64,000 nt of DNA, taken from an uncultured delta proteobacterium (lineage in GTDB: Bacteria; Desulfobacterota; Binatia; UBA9968). The position numbers and the translations under genes were made by a program. This document shows positions 40,641-48,854 of this stretch, one piece after another. The stretch spans positions 1,088,001 to 1,152,000 of the forward strand of contig CAVYTU010000017.1 of NCBI GenBank assembly GCA_963771465.1, written 5' to 3'. The notes beneath the pieces are model-generated. The model made no database searches. It was given only the letters and a program-made list of their open reading frames with translations, and was not told the origin of the DNA. Position 1 is the stretch's first letter; each line of letters opens with the position of its first letter.

Positions 40641-41189
40641 ATGGCGTCAGATCATCACGCGCATCATGCCGGCCACGCCCATGGCCATATCGAATATCGT
40701 TACTGTCCGAAATGCGGCGGCGGCTTGGATAAAAAGATCGTTAAGAGCAACGAGCCACGGCGTTTGGTGTGCCAGGCTTGCGCCTTTATCTTCTATCAGG
40801 ATCCGAAAGTCGTCGCCGGCACGGTGTTTACTTTGAACGGCGGCATTGTCTTGCTCAAACGCGGCGTCGAGCCGGCAATCGGCAAATGGGTTTTCCCAGG
40901 CGGCTATGTCGATCGCGGCGAAAGCGTGCAGGACGCGGCGGTACGTGAAACCAAGGAAGAGTGCCTACTCGATGTTAAGTTGGGACCGCTATTGAATGTT
41001 TATTCCTATCCGCGCTCACCAAGCGTCATCGTCGTTTACACCGCCGAAGTGATCGGCGGCACGCTAACGGCCGCTGATGAATCAACCGAAGCCGAAGTTT
41101 TTGGTGTCAACGCCGTGCCCTGGCATGAGCTTGCCTTCGATAGCACCAAGGACGCGCTCAACGACTACATCCGCGCCTATCTGAAATAA
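40641..41189 (+). CDS. NUDIX hydrolase with an N-terminal zinc ribbon
   Basis: YCPKCG...C..C, PGGYVDRGESVQDAAVRETKEE. Confidence 0.92.
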   Translation: MASDHHAHHAGHAHGHIEYRYCPKCGGGLDKKIVKSNEPRRLVCQACAFIFYQDPKVVAGTVFTLNGGIVLLKRGVEPAIGKWVFPGGYVDRGESVQDAAVRETKEECLLDVKLGPLLNVYSYPRSPSVIVVYTAEVIGGTLTAADESTEAEVFGVNAVPWHELAFDSTKDALNDYIRAYLK

Positions 41190-41202
41190 TTCAGCTCAGT
41201 AT

Positions 41203-41283
41203 AAATCCCCCTCAATCCCCCTTTTTCAAAGGGGGAAGTTGAAAGAATCCCCCTCTTTGAAAAAGAGGGGTTAGGGGAGATTT
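41203..41283. repeat. Inverted pair of CCCCCTTTTTCAAAGGGGG REP-like elements
   Basis: aaatccccctcaatccccctttttcaaaggggga and tccccctctttgaaaaagaggggttaggggagattt. Confidence 0.75.
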
Positions 41284-41365
41284 CTGGATTGGCGTGACAC
41301 AAGATAACAAATGCCCGCGCGCTTGGTTAAAGCGGCGGGCCTCAAATGCTGAATTATGAATTGAC

Positions 41366-41674
41366 CTATCCCAGATCGACGAGCACGTCGTCGCCCTGGA
41401 GTTGCACTTCGAACTTCTCGGTGGGCAATGCCGGAATCAATTCGTTTTCACCCGTCGTCACATTGTAGCGCCAGCCATGCCAGGGACAGATGACCGTGGT
41501 GCCATCCAGTTCGCCTTCGGCGAGCGGGCCGCCGCGGTGGCCGCAGACGTCATTGATCGCATAGAACTTGCCGTCGACATTGAACACGCCCACTGCTTTG
41601 CCATTGATCTCGATGCTCTTGCCGCATCCTGCTTTGACTTCACCCGCGGTGCAGACTTTAACGAAATTCGCCAT
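41366..41674 (-). CDS. Rieske [2Fe-2S] ferredoxin
   Basis: CGHRGGPL...CPWHGW. Confidence 0.92.
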   Translation of the reverse strand: MANFVKVCTAGEVKAGCGKSIEINGKAVGVFNVDGKFYAINDVCGHRGGPLAEGELDGTTVICPWHGWRYNVTTGENELIPALPTEKFEVQLQGDDVLVDLG

Positions 41675-41736
41675 CACTGATTTCCTTTCTTAGCTGGCGC
41701 ACGATTTTGCCTAATATACGGAGTTGAAGGCCGGTT

Positions 41737-42825
41737 TCAAGAGGACGGATGTGGCGGTGAGGCAAAGGGCAGGGCGGTCACGGTGGCCTGGATCGCGCCA
41801 TTCTCACGAGGGATGGAAAGAGCGGTCCCAGGCGACCAGAAGTTTCTGTGAATGTAACCGAGTGCGATGGCTCGGTTGAGTGCAATCGATGCGACGGAGC
41901 TGGTGATCTTGCCGACTTCGTTACCGGCGGTGACAATCGCATCGCCGGCGTTGGCTGGGGTATTGCCGTCGAGCAGTAGTCCGCAGAGTTTCCGGTTTAC
42001 ATGACCACGCGAGCGAATGCGTTCGACGACTTCTTGGCCGAGATAGCAACCTTTGGTGTAGCTATAGGAATTATCCAGGCCCACTTCGAGGAGCAAATTC
42101 TCTTCATTGAAATCGACGCCGTAACGCGGCATGCCGGCTTCGACGCGCAAGATATTCTGCGCCCGCGCGCCGACCCATGAGGCGCCGAGCTGTTCCAGTC
42201 GTTGAGCGAAGATTTGCAGGCAAGAATTTTGCACGATTAAATCAAAGCCATTATGACCCGTGCGATCGGCGCGCACGACGCACACCGGCGCGCCGTCGAA
42301 CTGAACTATCGTATGCCGATCGGGCTGCGCGGGCAGTTCGGTATTGGCAAAGAGTTTATCGAGGATGCTTTGCGCGCGCGGGCCTTGCAGCGACAGCATC
42401 GTCCATTGGTCGTTAGGATCGTTGATCTCGACTTCGTCGGCGACCAGGTAGCGATTGAGATGGGCGATAATTTTTTCTTTAAGCGGCTCCCAGAAATCCA
42501 AATAGATCGAGTTCATGGCGCAGAGCACGCGCACGTCAGCTATCACTCTGCCCTGCTGGGTGAGTATCGTAGCCTGCTGGCCGTCGAACATTTTCAACAA
42601 GCGGACATCGTTGGATAACATGCCTTGCAAGAAGGAAACGCGATCCGGTCCGGCGAATTGAAGCAGGGCGCGATGGGAGAGATCGAAAAGGCCGGCAGCG
42701 GTGCGGACCGATTGGTACTCGGCGGCAAAGTCGCCAAAGTGATCCGGCAAGCGCCAACCGTCTTGTTCGGCGAATACGGCGCCGTTTCGCTGGTGCAATT
42801 CCGTCAGTAGCGATTGCTTTGCCAT
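41737..42825 (-). CDS. ygfZ: Folate-binding GcvT/YgfZ family protein
   Basis: KGCYLGQE signature, FLQGMLSND, LRVEAG. Confidence 0.8.
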   Translation of the reverse strand: MAKQSLLTELHQRNGAVFAEQDGWRLPDHFGDFAAEYQSVRTAAGLFDLSHRALLQFAGPDRVSFLQGMLSNDVRLLKMFDGQQATILTQQGRVIADVRVLCAMNSIYLDFWEPLKEKIIAHLNRYLVADEVEINDPNDQWTMLSLQGPRAQSILDKLFANTELPAQPDRHTIVQFDGAPVCVVRADRTGHNGFDLIVQNSCLQIFAQRLEQLGASWVGARAQNILRVEAGMPRYGVDFNEENLLLEVGLDNSYSYTKGCYLGQEVVERIRSRGHVNRKLCGLLLDGNTPANAGDAIVTAGNEVGKITSSVASIALNRAIALGYIHRNFWSPGTALSIPRENGAIQATVTALPFASPPHPSS

Positions 42826-42947
42826 CAGTCCGGAAATATAGCGTCAAGCGTCGATGATGACAATCGCTCGTCGCGGTTAACCGATGATTGATTGATAGTT
42901 TCTCGGTGTGATAGAGAGTAATCATCAACTAAATACGGAGGTAGCAA

Positions 42948-43415
42948 ATGGCAGGACTCGAAGGGCAGAAGGCACCGGCGTTCACATTGGCGGGAAGCGA
43001 CGGTAAACAACACTCGCTCGCTGAATACGCCGGAAAAAACGTAATTCTGTGGTTTTATCCGAAAGACGACACCCCTGGCTGAACCAAGGAAGCGTGCGGG
43101 TTCCGCGACGCTATCGAAACCGTGACGAAAGCCAATACCATCGTCGTAGGTGTCAGCCCCGACGGCATTGATTCACACAACAGCTTTATCAGTAAATTCA
43201 ATTTACCGTTCGTATTACTGTCCGATCCACAGAAGGATGCCATGAAAGCCTACGGGGCTTGGGGACCGCGCAAAAATGCCCAAGGCGAAGTGTCCGAGGG
43301 CACGATTCGCTCGACGGCTTTGATCGGACCCGACGGCACAATCAAGAAACATTGGATTCCAGTCACTGACGCCGGAGCGCATCCGGCGGAAGTATTGGCT
43401 GTTCTCAACAACTAA
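42948..43415 (+). CDS. bcp: BCP/PrxQ peroxiredoxin, predicted selenoprotein (TGA 43080-43082 = Sec45), 155 aa
   Basis: GGAGG RBS; MAGLEGQKAPAFTL...FYPKDDTPG-TGA-TKEACGFRD, continuing in frame to GVSPD..SH..F..KFNLPF.LLSD; SECIS-like hairpin follows. Confidence 0.9.
43091..43112 (+). promoter_or_regulatory. Bacterial SECIS-like hairpin
   Basis: AGCGT-GCGG-[GTT]-CCGC-g-ACGCT; G-first loop 17 nt after the UGA. Confidence 0.75.
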
Positions 43416-43501
43416 GTCTGCTTAAACTCGATGTGGGGAGTAAGCCGCGTTCGTCTGGCGGCTTACTCCCTTATCGGATTCCTGGTTGCTCGCCAGATTC
43501 A

Positions 43502-44413
43502 ATGGCCAAGCTCAAAGCCGATATCGATCTTCACAAGTTAGAAATTTTTTATTGGGTCGCAGAGCATAAGAGTTTTTCGCAGGCCGCAGAACTGCTGTCG
43601 CTGCGCCAGCCGACGATTAGCGCGCATGTACAGGAATTGGAAACGGCGGTCGGCGGCAAGCTGCTCTATCGCATACCCGGAAAAGTCAGCCTCACGCCGC
43701 TAGGTCTCATGCTCGTCGAGCGGGCTAAGCATCTGCTCGCGTTCAAGCGCGAGACGGTGGCCGCCGTCGAGCAGTTTCACGGTACTCTGAGCGGTGAGCT
43801 TTGGGTCGGCGGCAGCAGCATCCCAGGAGAATACCTGTTGCCGCAAAAGTTGGGTGAGTTCGCAAAGAAATATCCTCACGTCAAACCGATCCTGCGTATC
43901 GGCGATTCCGCCGGTATCGTCGCCGATCTGTTAGACGGTAAAGTCGAGATCGGTTTTGTCGGTTTCAAAAGTGACGACGTGCGGCTTACTTTCGCAAAGA
44001 TTTGGGACGACGAGATGGTTATTGCCGTGCCGAAAGGTCATCCTTGGACCAAGCGCAAAGCCGTGAATGTGGCCGATCTGCGAACCGAGAAATTCATTTC
44101 GCGCGAGCATGGTTCCGGGACTCTCGATTCGATTCACCACCTGCTCGCCAAACGACGGCAGGCGGCCGATGACTTACTCAACATCTCCATGGAACTCGGC
44201 AGCACTGAGGCAGTCAAGGAAGCGTTAATGGCGGGATTCGGCTTTTCGATCCTGTCGCGCATCTCGATCCGCCATGAGTTGTCCGAAGGAACGATCGTCG
44301 AGGTGGCGCTCCGGGGACGGCAGATGAAACGAGATTTTTACGAAGTTTTCCATAGCCGTCGGCCCTTACACCCCATCGCTCAGGTGTTTCTTGAGTTTCT
44401 AAAGCTTCAATAA
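43502..44413 (+). CDS. LysR-family regulator, CysL-like / selenium-metabolism-associated type
   Basis: SFSQAAELLSLRQPTIS HTH; GGSSIPGEYLLP, REHGSGT, ELGSTEAVK. Confidence 0.85.
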   Translation: MAKLKADIDLHKLEIFYWVAEHKSFSQAAELLSLRQPTISAHVQELETAVGGKLLYRIPGKVSLTPLGLMLVERAKHLLAFKRETVAAVEQFHGTLSGELWVGGSSIPGEYLLPQKLGEFAKKYPHVKPILRIGDSAGIVADLLDGKVEIGFVGFKSDDVRLTFAKIWDDEMVIAVPKGHPWTKRKAVNVADLRTEKFISREHGSGTLDSIHHLLAKRRQAADDLLNISMELGSTEAVKEALMAGFGFSILSRISIRHELSEGTIVEVALRGRQMKRDFYEVFHSRRPLHPIAQVFLEFLKLQ

Positions 44414-44452
44414 TCCTTCGATTTTTGCCAAAAAATACCTTTGAGCTCTTAC

Positions 44453-44489
44453 ATAGCTGATACCTATTTAGTATATAGGTAGAATAGAT
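44453..44489. promoter_or_regulatory. LysR-type T-N11-A boxes upstream of the sulfoxide synthase
   Basis: ATAG-N7-CTAT at 44453-44467 and ATAG-N7-AGAT 22 nt downstream; overlapping palindrome TACCTAT-N7-ATAGGTA. Confidence 0.55.
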
Positions 44490-44507
44490 CAGCGGTTGGG
44501 AGCGATT

Positions 44508-45866
44508 ATGGCACTACCGTTAAGACGAAGCGGCGAGAGCGGAATCGATCTTCTGCGCGATAGGTTTCGCGCCGCATGGTCGCGCTCGGATGAGATCTTT
44601 GCCATTGTGCCGAGCGGTCAGTTGTTGGCGCAGCCGATTGTCTGGCGCCATCCGTTTATTTTCTACATCGGTCATCTGCCGGCCTTCTCGTGGAACCAAA
44701 TCTGCGGCGAAGTTCTCCGCTGGCCGTCATTCAATTCTTATTTCGACGATCTGTTTTGCCGCGGCATCGATCCCGACGTGGACACCGGCGAATGTCATTG
44801 GCACCCGGAGGTTCCGGATCGCTGGCCAAGTCTTGCGGAAACTATCTATTATCGAGACCGAGTACGGGATGCTATCCTCGATTCGGTCGAAGCGCTCGGC
44901 TATTGCCGCTCCGATGATATCATGGGCCAAGGCGGCCGTGTTTTACAGATGGTGCTGGAGCACGAATATATGCATCAGGAGACTTTGCTCTACATGATGC
45001 AGCGACTGCCCATCGCGCAAAAAATCCGGCCGCGCGCTCCTGTCCGATACTTATTTCAACCCTGGCGCGCTTCCCAATCGGTGCGCATCCCAAAAGGTCA
45101 AGCGCGTTTGGGCGCCAGTTTCGATGAATTGGGCTTCGGCTGGGACAACGAATTCGACCAGATCGTCGTCGACGTGCCGGCGTTCACCATCGACTCTTTG
45201 CCCGTTACCAATGGACAGTTCAGCGAATTCGTCACATCGGGGGCTTATGATGATCCGCGCCATTGGCGGCCGGAGGATTGGCGCTGGAAGAATTTGGAAA
45301 ATAAGCGCCACCCTAGCTGCTGGGTCGAGCAAGCGGACGGGTGGTTTTATCGCTCGATGTTCGATGTCTTGCCGCTCGGTCAAGTTGCCAGCTGGCCGGT
45401 CTATGTAAGCTTGGCCGAAGCTCGCGCTTACGCCGCCTGGCGCGGCAAACGATTACCAAGCGAAGCCGAGTATCAGCGCGCGGCATTTTATGGTCCAGAC
45501 GAGCGGGAGACGCCGTATCCTTGGGGTGACGATGCGCCTGGGCGCCAGCATGGCAACTTCGAATTTACCTCGTGGTCGCCGACTCCGGTCGGATCGAGTC
45601 CAGCGGGGGCGAGCCGTTGGGGTGTTCATGAACTGGTCGGCAATGGTTGGGAATTGACCGATAGCCCCTTTGCGCCACTGCCGGGTTTCACGCCTTACAT
45701 GGCCGGTTATCCGGACTACTCAAAAGATTTTTTCGACGGCAAGCATTTCGTCGTTAAAGGCGCGTCCTGGGCGACCGACGCCGGCCTCTTGCGGCCGAGC
45801 TTTCGCAATTGGTATCAAGCGCACTATCCCTATGTGTTTGCCAAGTTTCGATGCGTATGGAATTAG
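44508..45866 (+). CDS. Non-heme iron sulfoxide synthase (DinB + FGE-sulfatase domains), Egt1/OvoA-like
   Basis: RHPFIFYIGH, RGIDPDVD..ECHWHPEVP, EHEYMHQET (3-His site), RLPSEAE, GNGWE, YPDYSKDFFDGKH, RNWYQ.HYPY. Confidence 0.85.
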   Translation: MALPLRRSGESGIDLLRDRFRAAWSRSDEIFAIVPSGQLLAQPIVWRHPFIFYIGHLPAFSWNQICGEVLRWPSFNSYFDDLFCRGIDPDVDTGECHWHPEVPDRWPSLAETIYYRDRVRDAILDSVEALGYCRSDDIMGQGGRVLQMVLEHEYMHQETLLYMMQRLPIAQKIRPRAPVRYLFQPWRASQSVRIPKGQARLGASFDELGFGWDNEFDQIVVDVPAFTIDSLPVTNGQFSEFVTSGAYDDPRHWRPEDWRWKNLENKRHPSCWVEQADGWFYRSMFDVLPLGQVASWPVYVSLAEARAYAAWRGKRLPSEAEYQRAAFYGPDERETPYPWGDDAPGRQHGNFEFTSWSPTPVGSSPAGASRWGVHELVGNGWELTDSPFAPLPGFTPYMAGYPDYSKDFFDGKHFVVKGASWATDAGLLRPSFRNWYQAHYPYVFAKFRCVWN

Positions 45867-45893
45867 AACAATTTCGTAAGATGGAGGCGCGCC

Positions 45894-46175
45894 ATGAAAG
45901 CGACCTGGGAAAATCAGATTCTCGCCGAGTCGAACCAGACGGTCGTCGTCGAGGGTAATCATTATTTTCCGCCGGAATCGATCCGCAAAGAATGCTTCAA
46001 AGCGAGTGAAACTCACAGCACCTGTCCTTGGAAAGGAGTTGCCAACTACTATCATGTTCAGGTCAGCGACAAGGTCAATCAAGACGCCGCGTGGTATTAT
46101 CCAGAACCCAAAGAGGCGGCAAAGTCGATCAAGAATCATGTCGCCTTCTGGCGCGGTGTAAAGGTGAGCGAGTAA
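45894..46175 (+). CDS. DUF427 domain protein
   Basis: VVVEGNHYFP, STCPWKG.A.YY, AAWYYPEPK, VAFW.GV. Confidence 0.9.
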   Translation: MKATWENQILAESNQTVVVEGNHYFPPESIRKECFKASETHSTCPWKGVANYYHVQVSDKVNQDAAWYYPEPKEAAKSIKNHVAFWRGVKVSE

Positions 46176-46188
46176 GAGCGCATCGCGA

Positions 46189-46995
46189 ATGTCGGTGCAA
46201 ACCTTGCGAATCGCTTCCTGCATGGCCGAGAATACCGATGAGCTGTGCCGCTCAATCGTCAATATCATTGAAAGAGAGGTCGGCATCCCGACGGAATACG
46301 TCACCGAGGTGCCGTGGCAAGAACGCGAACGGTTATTCGACCTGGGCGAGATTCAAATTCTTTGGCTGTGCGGCTTGCCCTATGTGAATAAAGCCGATCT
46401 CGCTGACAGTCGCATGGAATTGCTTGCCGTGCCGGTACCAGCCGGCGCACGCTATCAGGCGCGGCCGGTGTATTTTTCCGATGTCGTGGTCCGCCGGGAG
46501 AGTGTCTTCGAGTCGTTCGTCGATCTGCGCGGCGCGTCATGGGCTTACAACGAGCCGCGCTCGCATTCCGGTTTCAACGTAGTACGCGCATACCTGGCCG
46601 AAATCGGTGAGTTAGAGGGCTTCTTCGGCAGCGTCATTGAATCGGGTGCGCATACAAATTCGATTGAATTAATCTTATCCGGCGTCATCGATGGCGCGGC
46701 GATCGATAGCACTGTCTTGGAATGGTTGTCGTCCCAGCGCGCCGATTTGGACGACCAACTGCGCGTTATCGATACCATCGGCCCGAGCCCGATCCCGCCC
46801 TGGGTCATCTCCACGAGATTGCCTGGGAACTTGCGCTCTCAAGTCCGCCAGCTGTTGCTCAATCTACAATTGAACCCACTCGGGCGGGGCGCCCTCGGAC
46901 GCGCACAGCTTGCGAGATTTAGCCTTGCCCATGACCGGGACTACGACCCGATTCGTCGCATGGCGCGCAAGGCAGAGGCGGTTTTGCTGGCCTAA
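46189..46995 (+). CDS. PhnD/SsuA/transferrin-family binding protein without a signal peptide
   Basis: WLCGLPY, YFSDVVV, DLRG..AYNE..SHSG, SGAH.NS, DGAAIDS, D.DYD.IR. Confidence 0.8.
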   Translation: MSVQTLRIASCMAENTDELCRSIVNIIEREVGIPTEYVTEVPWQERERLFDLGEIQILWLCGLPYVNKADLADSRMELLAVPVPAGARYQARPVYFSDVVVRRESVFESFVDLRGASWAYNEPRSHSGFNVVRAYLAEIGELEGFFGSVIESGAHTNSIELILSGVIDGAAIDSTVLEWLSSQRADLDDQLRVIDTIGPSPIPPWVISTRLPGNLRSQVRQLLLNLQLNPLGRGALGRAQLARFSLAHDRDYDPIRRMARKAEAVLLA

Positions 46996-47062
46996 TTTCA
47001 TATGATAAGAACCTCATCATGGGCGCGATCGCGCCGCTAACACGACAAGGAGAAGAGGGAAA

Positions 47063-47530
47063 ATGGCGAGCTTAGAGGGCAAAAAAGCGCCGGCATTTAA
47101 TTTGGAAGGTAGCGACGGCAAAAAACATTCGTTGGACGACTACAAAGGCAAAACCGTCGTCATGTTTTTCTATCCCAAGGACAGCACCCCTGGCTGAACC
47201 AAGGAAGCTTGCGGGTTTCGCGAGCGCAATAATCAGCTGAAAAAACTAAACGCGGTGGTGCTCGGCGTGAGCAAAGATAACATTCCGTCACACAACAAAT
47301 TCGCTGAGAAGTACGATTTGCCGTACGTCCTGCTGTCGGACCCGAATGCCGAAGTCATGAAGAAATATTCAGCCTTCGGCAAAAAAATGATGTACGGCAA
47401 GGAAGTGCAGGGGACGATTCGCTCGACGGTGGTGATCGGCCCGAAAGGCGACGTGATCAAGCAATGGAATCCCGTTAAAAAGGCCGAAACGCATCCCGAA
47501 GAGGTGCTCGCCTTTATCAAGAGCAGTTAA
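47063..47530 (+). CDS. bcp: Second BCP/PrxQ peroxiredoxin, predicted selenoprotein (TGA 47195-47197 = Sec45), 155 aa
   Basis: AAGGAG upstream; MASLEGKKAPAFNL...FYPKDSTPG-TGA-TKEACGFRE...GVSKD..SH.KF..KY.LPY.LLSD. Confidence 0.9.
47207..47225 (+). promoter_or_regulatory. Bacterial SECIS-like hairpin
   Basis: GCTTGCGG-[GTT]-TCGCGAGC, an 8-bp stem with two G-U pairs and the loop 17 nt after the UGA. Confidence 0.75.
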
Positions 47531-47572
47531 GCCTGCCGGTTATTTGATTCCTGAATAATTGCACAAAGTGAA

Positions 47573-47622
47573 TTGACATAGGTTTTCTATCAGTTATAAA
47601 CACTCCTATCGAAATGGCCTAT
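47573..47622 (+). promoter_or_regulatory. Sigma70-like promoter with a downstream LysR-like box
   Basis: TTGACA-N16-TATAAA; ATCG-N7-CTAT at 47608-47622. Confidence 0.45.
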
Positions 47623-47642
47623 CCACTGGACAGGGGGGAGCT

Positions 47643-48740
47643 ATGAATAGACGGGATTTTCTTAAACAAGGTCTGACGGTTTCAGCTGGGGTCGCGCTCG
47701 GCGGCTTGCCCAAGTTTACCGGCGTGGGTCATGCTGATGATCCGACAAAATGGCGCACCTTCGAAGTGATCACGACGATCGAGGTCAAAGATCCCGTGGG
47801 TGGTGTGCGCACATGGATTCCGGTGCCATTGACGAACAATACCGATTATTTCAAACGGGAACCGGATAGCTGGACGGGAAATTTCAAAGCTGCCCGTGCC
47901 GTGCAGTACGACAAATATGGAACGGGAATGGTTTTCGCTGAATGGGCGCCGGGCGAGAAAGCGCCGCTGCTCGAGGTGAAGAGCCGCTTCATGACCCGCG
48001 ACCGGGCGATCGATGTGAACGCGAAACCCACCGGCGCCGCGAAAGAAAACCCGGCCGTGCTCAATTACTTCCGTCAACCTTCAAAGCTTATCCGCACGGA
48101 CGGTATCGTCGCCACAACATCGAAAGGCATTGTTATGGGCTTGAAGAGTGACGCCGACAAGGGCAAGGCGATCTACGAATGGATCGTCGATAACACTTTT
48201 CGCGACGCCAAGGTTAAGGGCTGCGGTATTGGCGATATCTCCACCATGCTCGAAAGCGGCTATTTGGGCGGCAAATGCGCTGATTTGAATGCGCTCTATG
48301 TCGGCCTTGCTCGCGCCGCTGGCTTGCCCGCGCGCGATGTTTACGGCGTGCGTGTCGCGGCCTCCTCGGAATTTAAAAGTCTGGGCCGAGCCGACGATAT
48401 CACCGGAGCGCAACATTGCCGCGCCGAAGTTTATCTCAACGGCTACGGCTGGACGCCGGTGGATCCGGCTGACGTGCGCAAAGTGGTGCTCGAAGAAAAT
48501 TTGCCGGGCGAACAATTGCCGCTGACCGACCCGAAAGTGAAACGGGCGCGGGAAAAACTATTCGGCGCCTGGGAAATGAACTGGTTGCCGTATAATTACG
48601 GCCACGACATCAAGCTGCCCAACTCCAAGCTGCAGGAAGTCGCTTTCTTCATGTACCCACAGTTGGAAACCGCCAATGGTCGGAGAGATAGCCTTGACCC
48701 GGCGAATTTCAAATACACGATCAAGTCGAAAGAAGTTTAA
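47643..48740 (+). CDS. Tat-exported transglutaminase-like cysteine enzyme
   Basis: MNRRDFLK twin-arginine signal; GKCADLN, QHCRAE and VDPAD (Cys-His-Asp triad). Confidence 0.88.
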   Translation: MNRRDFLKQGLTVSAGVALGGLPKFTGVGHADDPTKWRTFEVITTIEVKDPVGGVRTWIPVPLTNNTDYFKREPDSWTGNFKAARAVQYDKYGTGMVFAEWAPGEKAPLLEVKSRFMTRDRAIDVNAKPTGAAKENPAVLNYFRQPSKLIRTDGIVATTSKGIVMGLKSDADKGKAIYEWIVDNTFRDAKVKGCGIGDISTMLESGYLGGKCADLNALYVGLARAAGLPARDVYGVRVAASSEFKSLGRADDITGAQHCRAEVYLNGYGWTPVDPADVRKVVLEENLPGEQLPLTDPKVKRAREKLFGAWEMNWLPYNYGHDIKLPNSKLQEVAFFMYPQLETANGRRDSLDPANFKYTIKSKEV

Positions 48741-48765
48741 GCTCGAACTCTGGACGAAAACTTAC

Positions 48766-48801
48766 ACGAGGCCCCCACAATCTGGGGGCCTCGTCATTTT
48801 T
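48766..48801 (+). terminator. Rho-independent terminator
   Basis: ACGAGGCCCCCA-caatc-TGGGGGCCTCGT followed by cattttt. Confidence 0.8.
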
Positions 48802-48854
48802 GGCAGCGAATGCTGAAAGGGTGGCACTCCATGCTGTGCACATCACAACCGTTG

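Noticed and set aside
44508-45866. Canonical senABC selenoneine cluster or egtBD ergothioneine operon
   Set aside because: No SenB glycosyltransferase, SelD or EgtD methyltransferase is in the window, and the motifs differ from SenA/EgtB as I recall them.
43122-47530. ORF-track calls 43122..43415 and 47255..47530 as short proteins or bcp pseudogenes
   Set aside because: They are the 3' parts of full-length genes. The TGA is at the catalytic Cys in both paralogs and is followed by SECIS-like hairpins.
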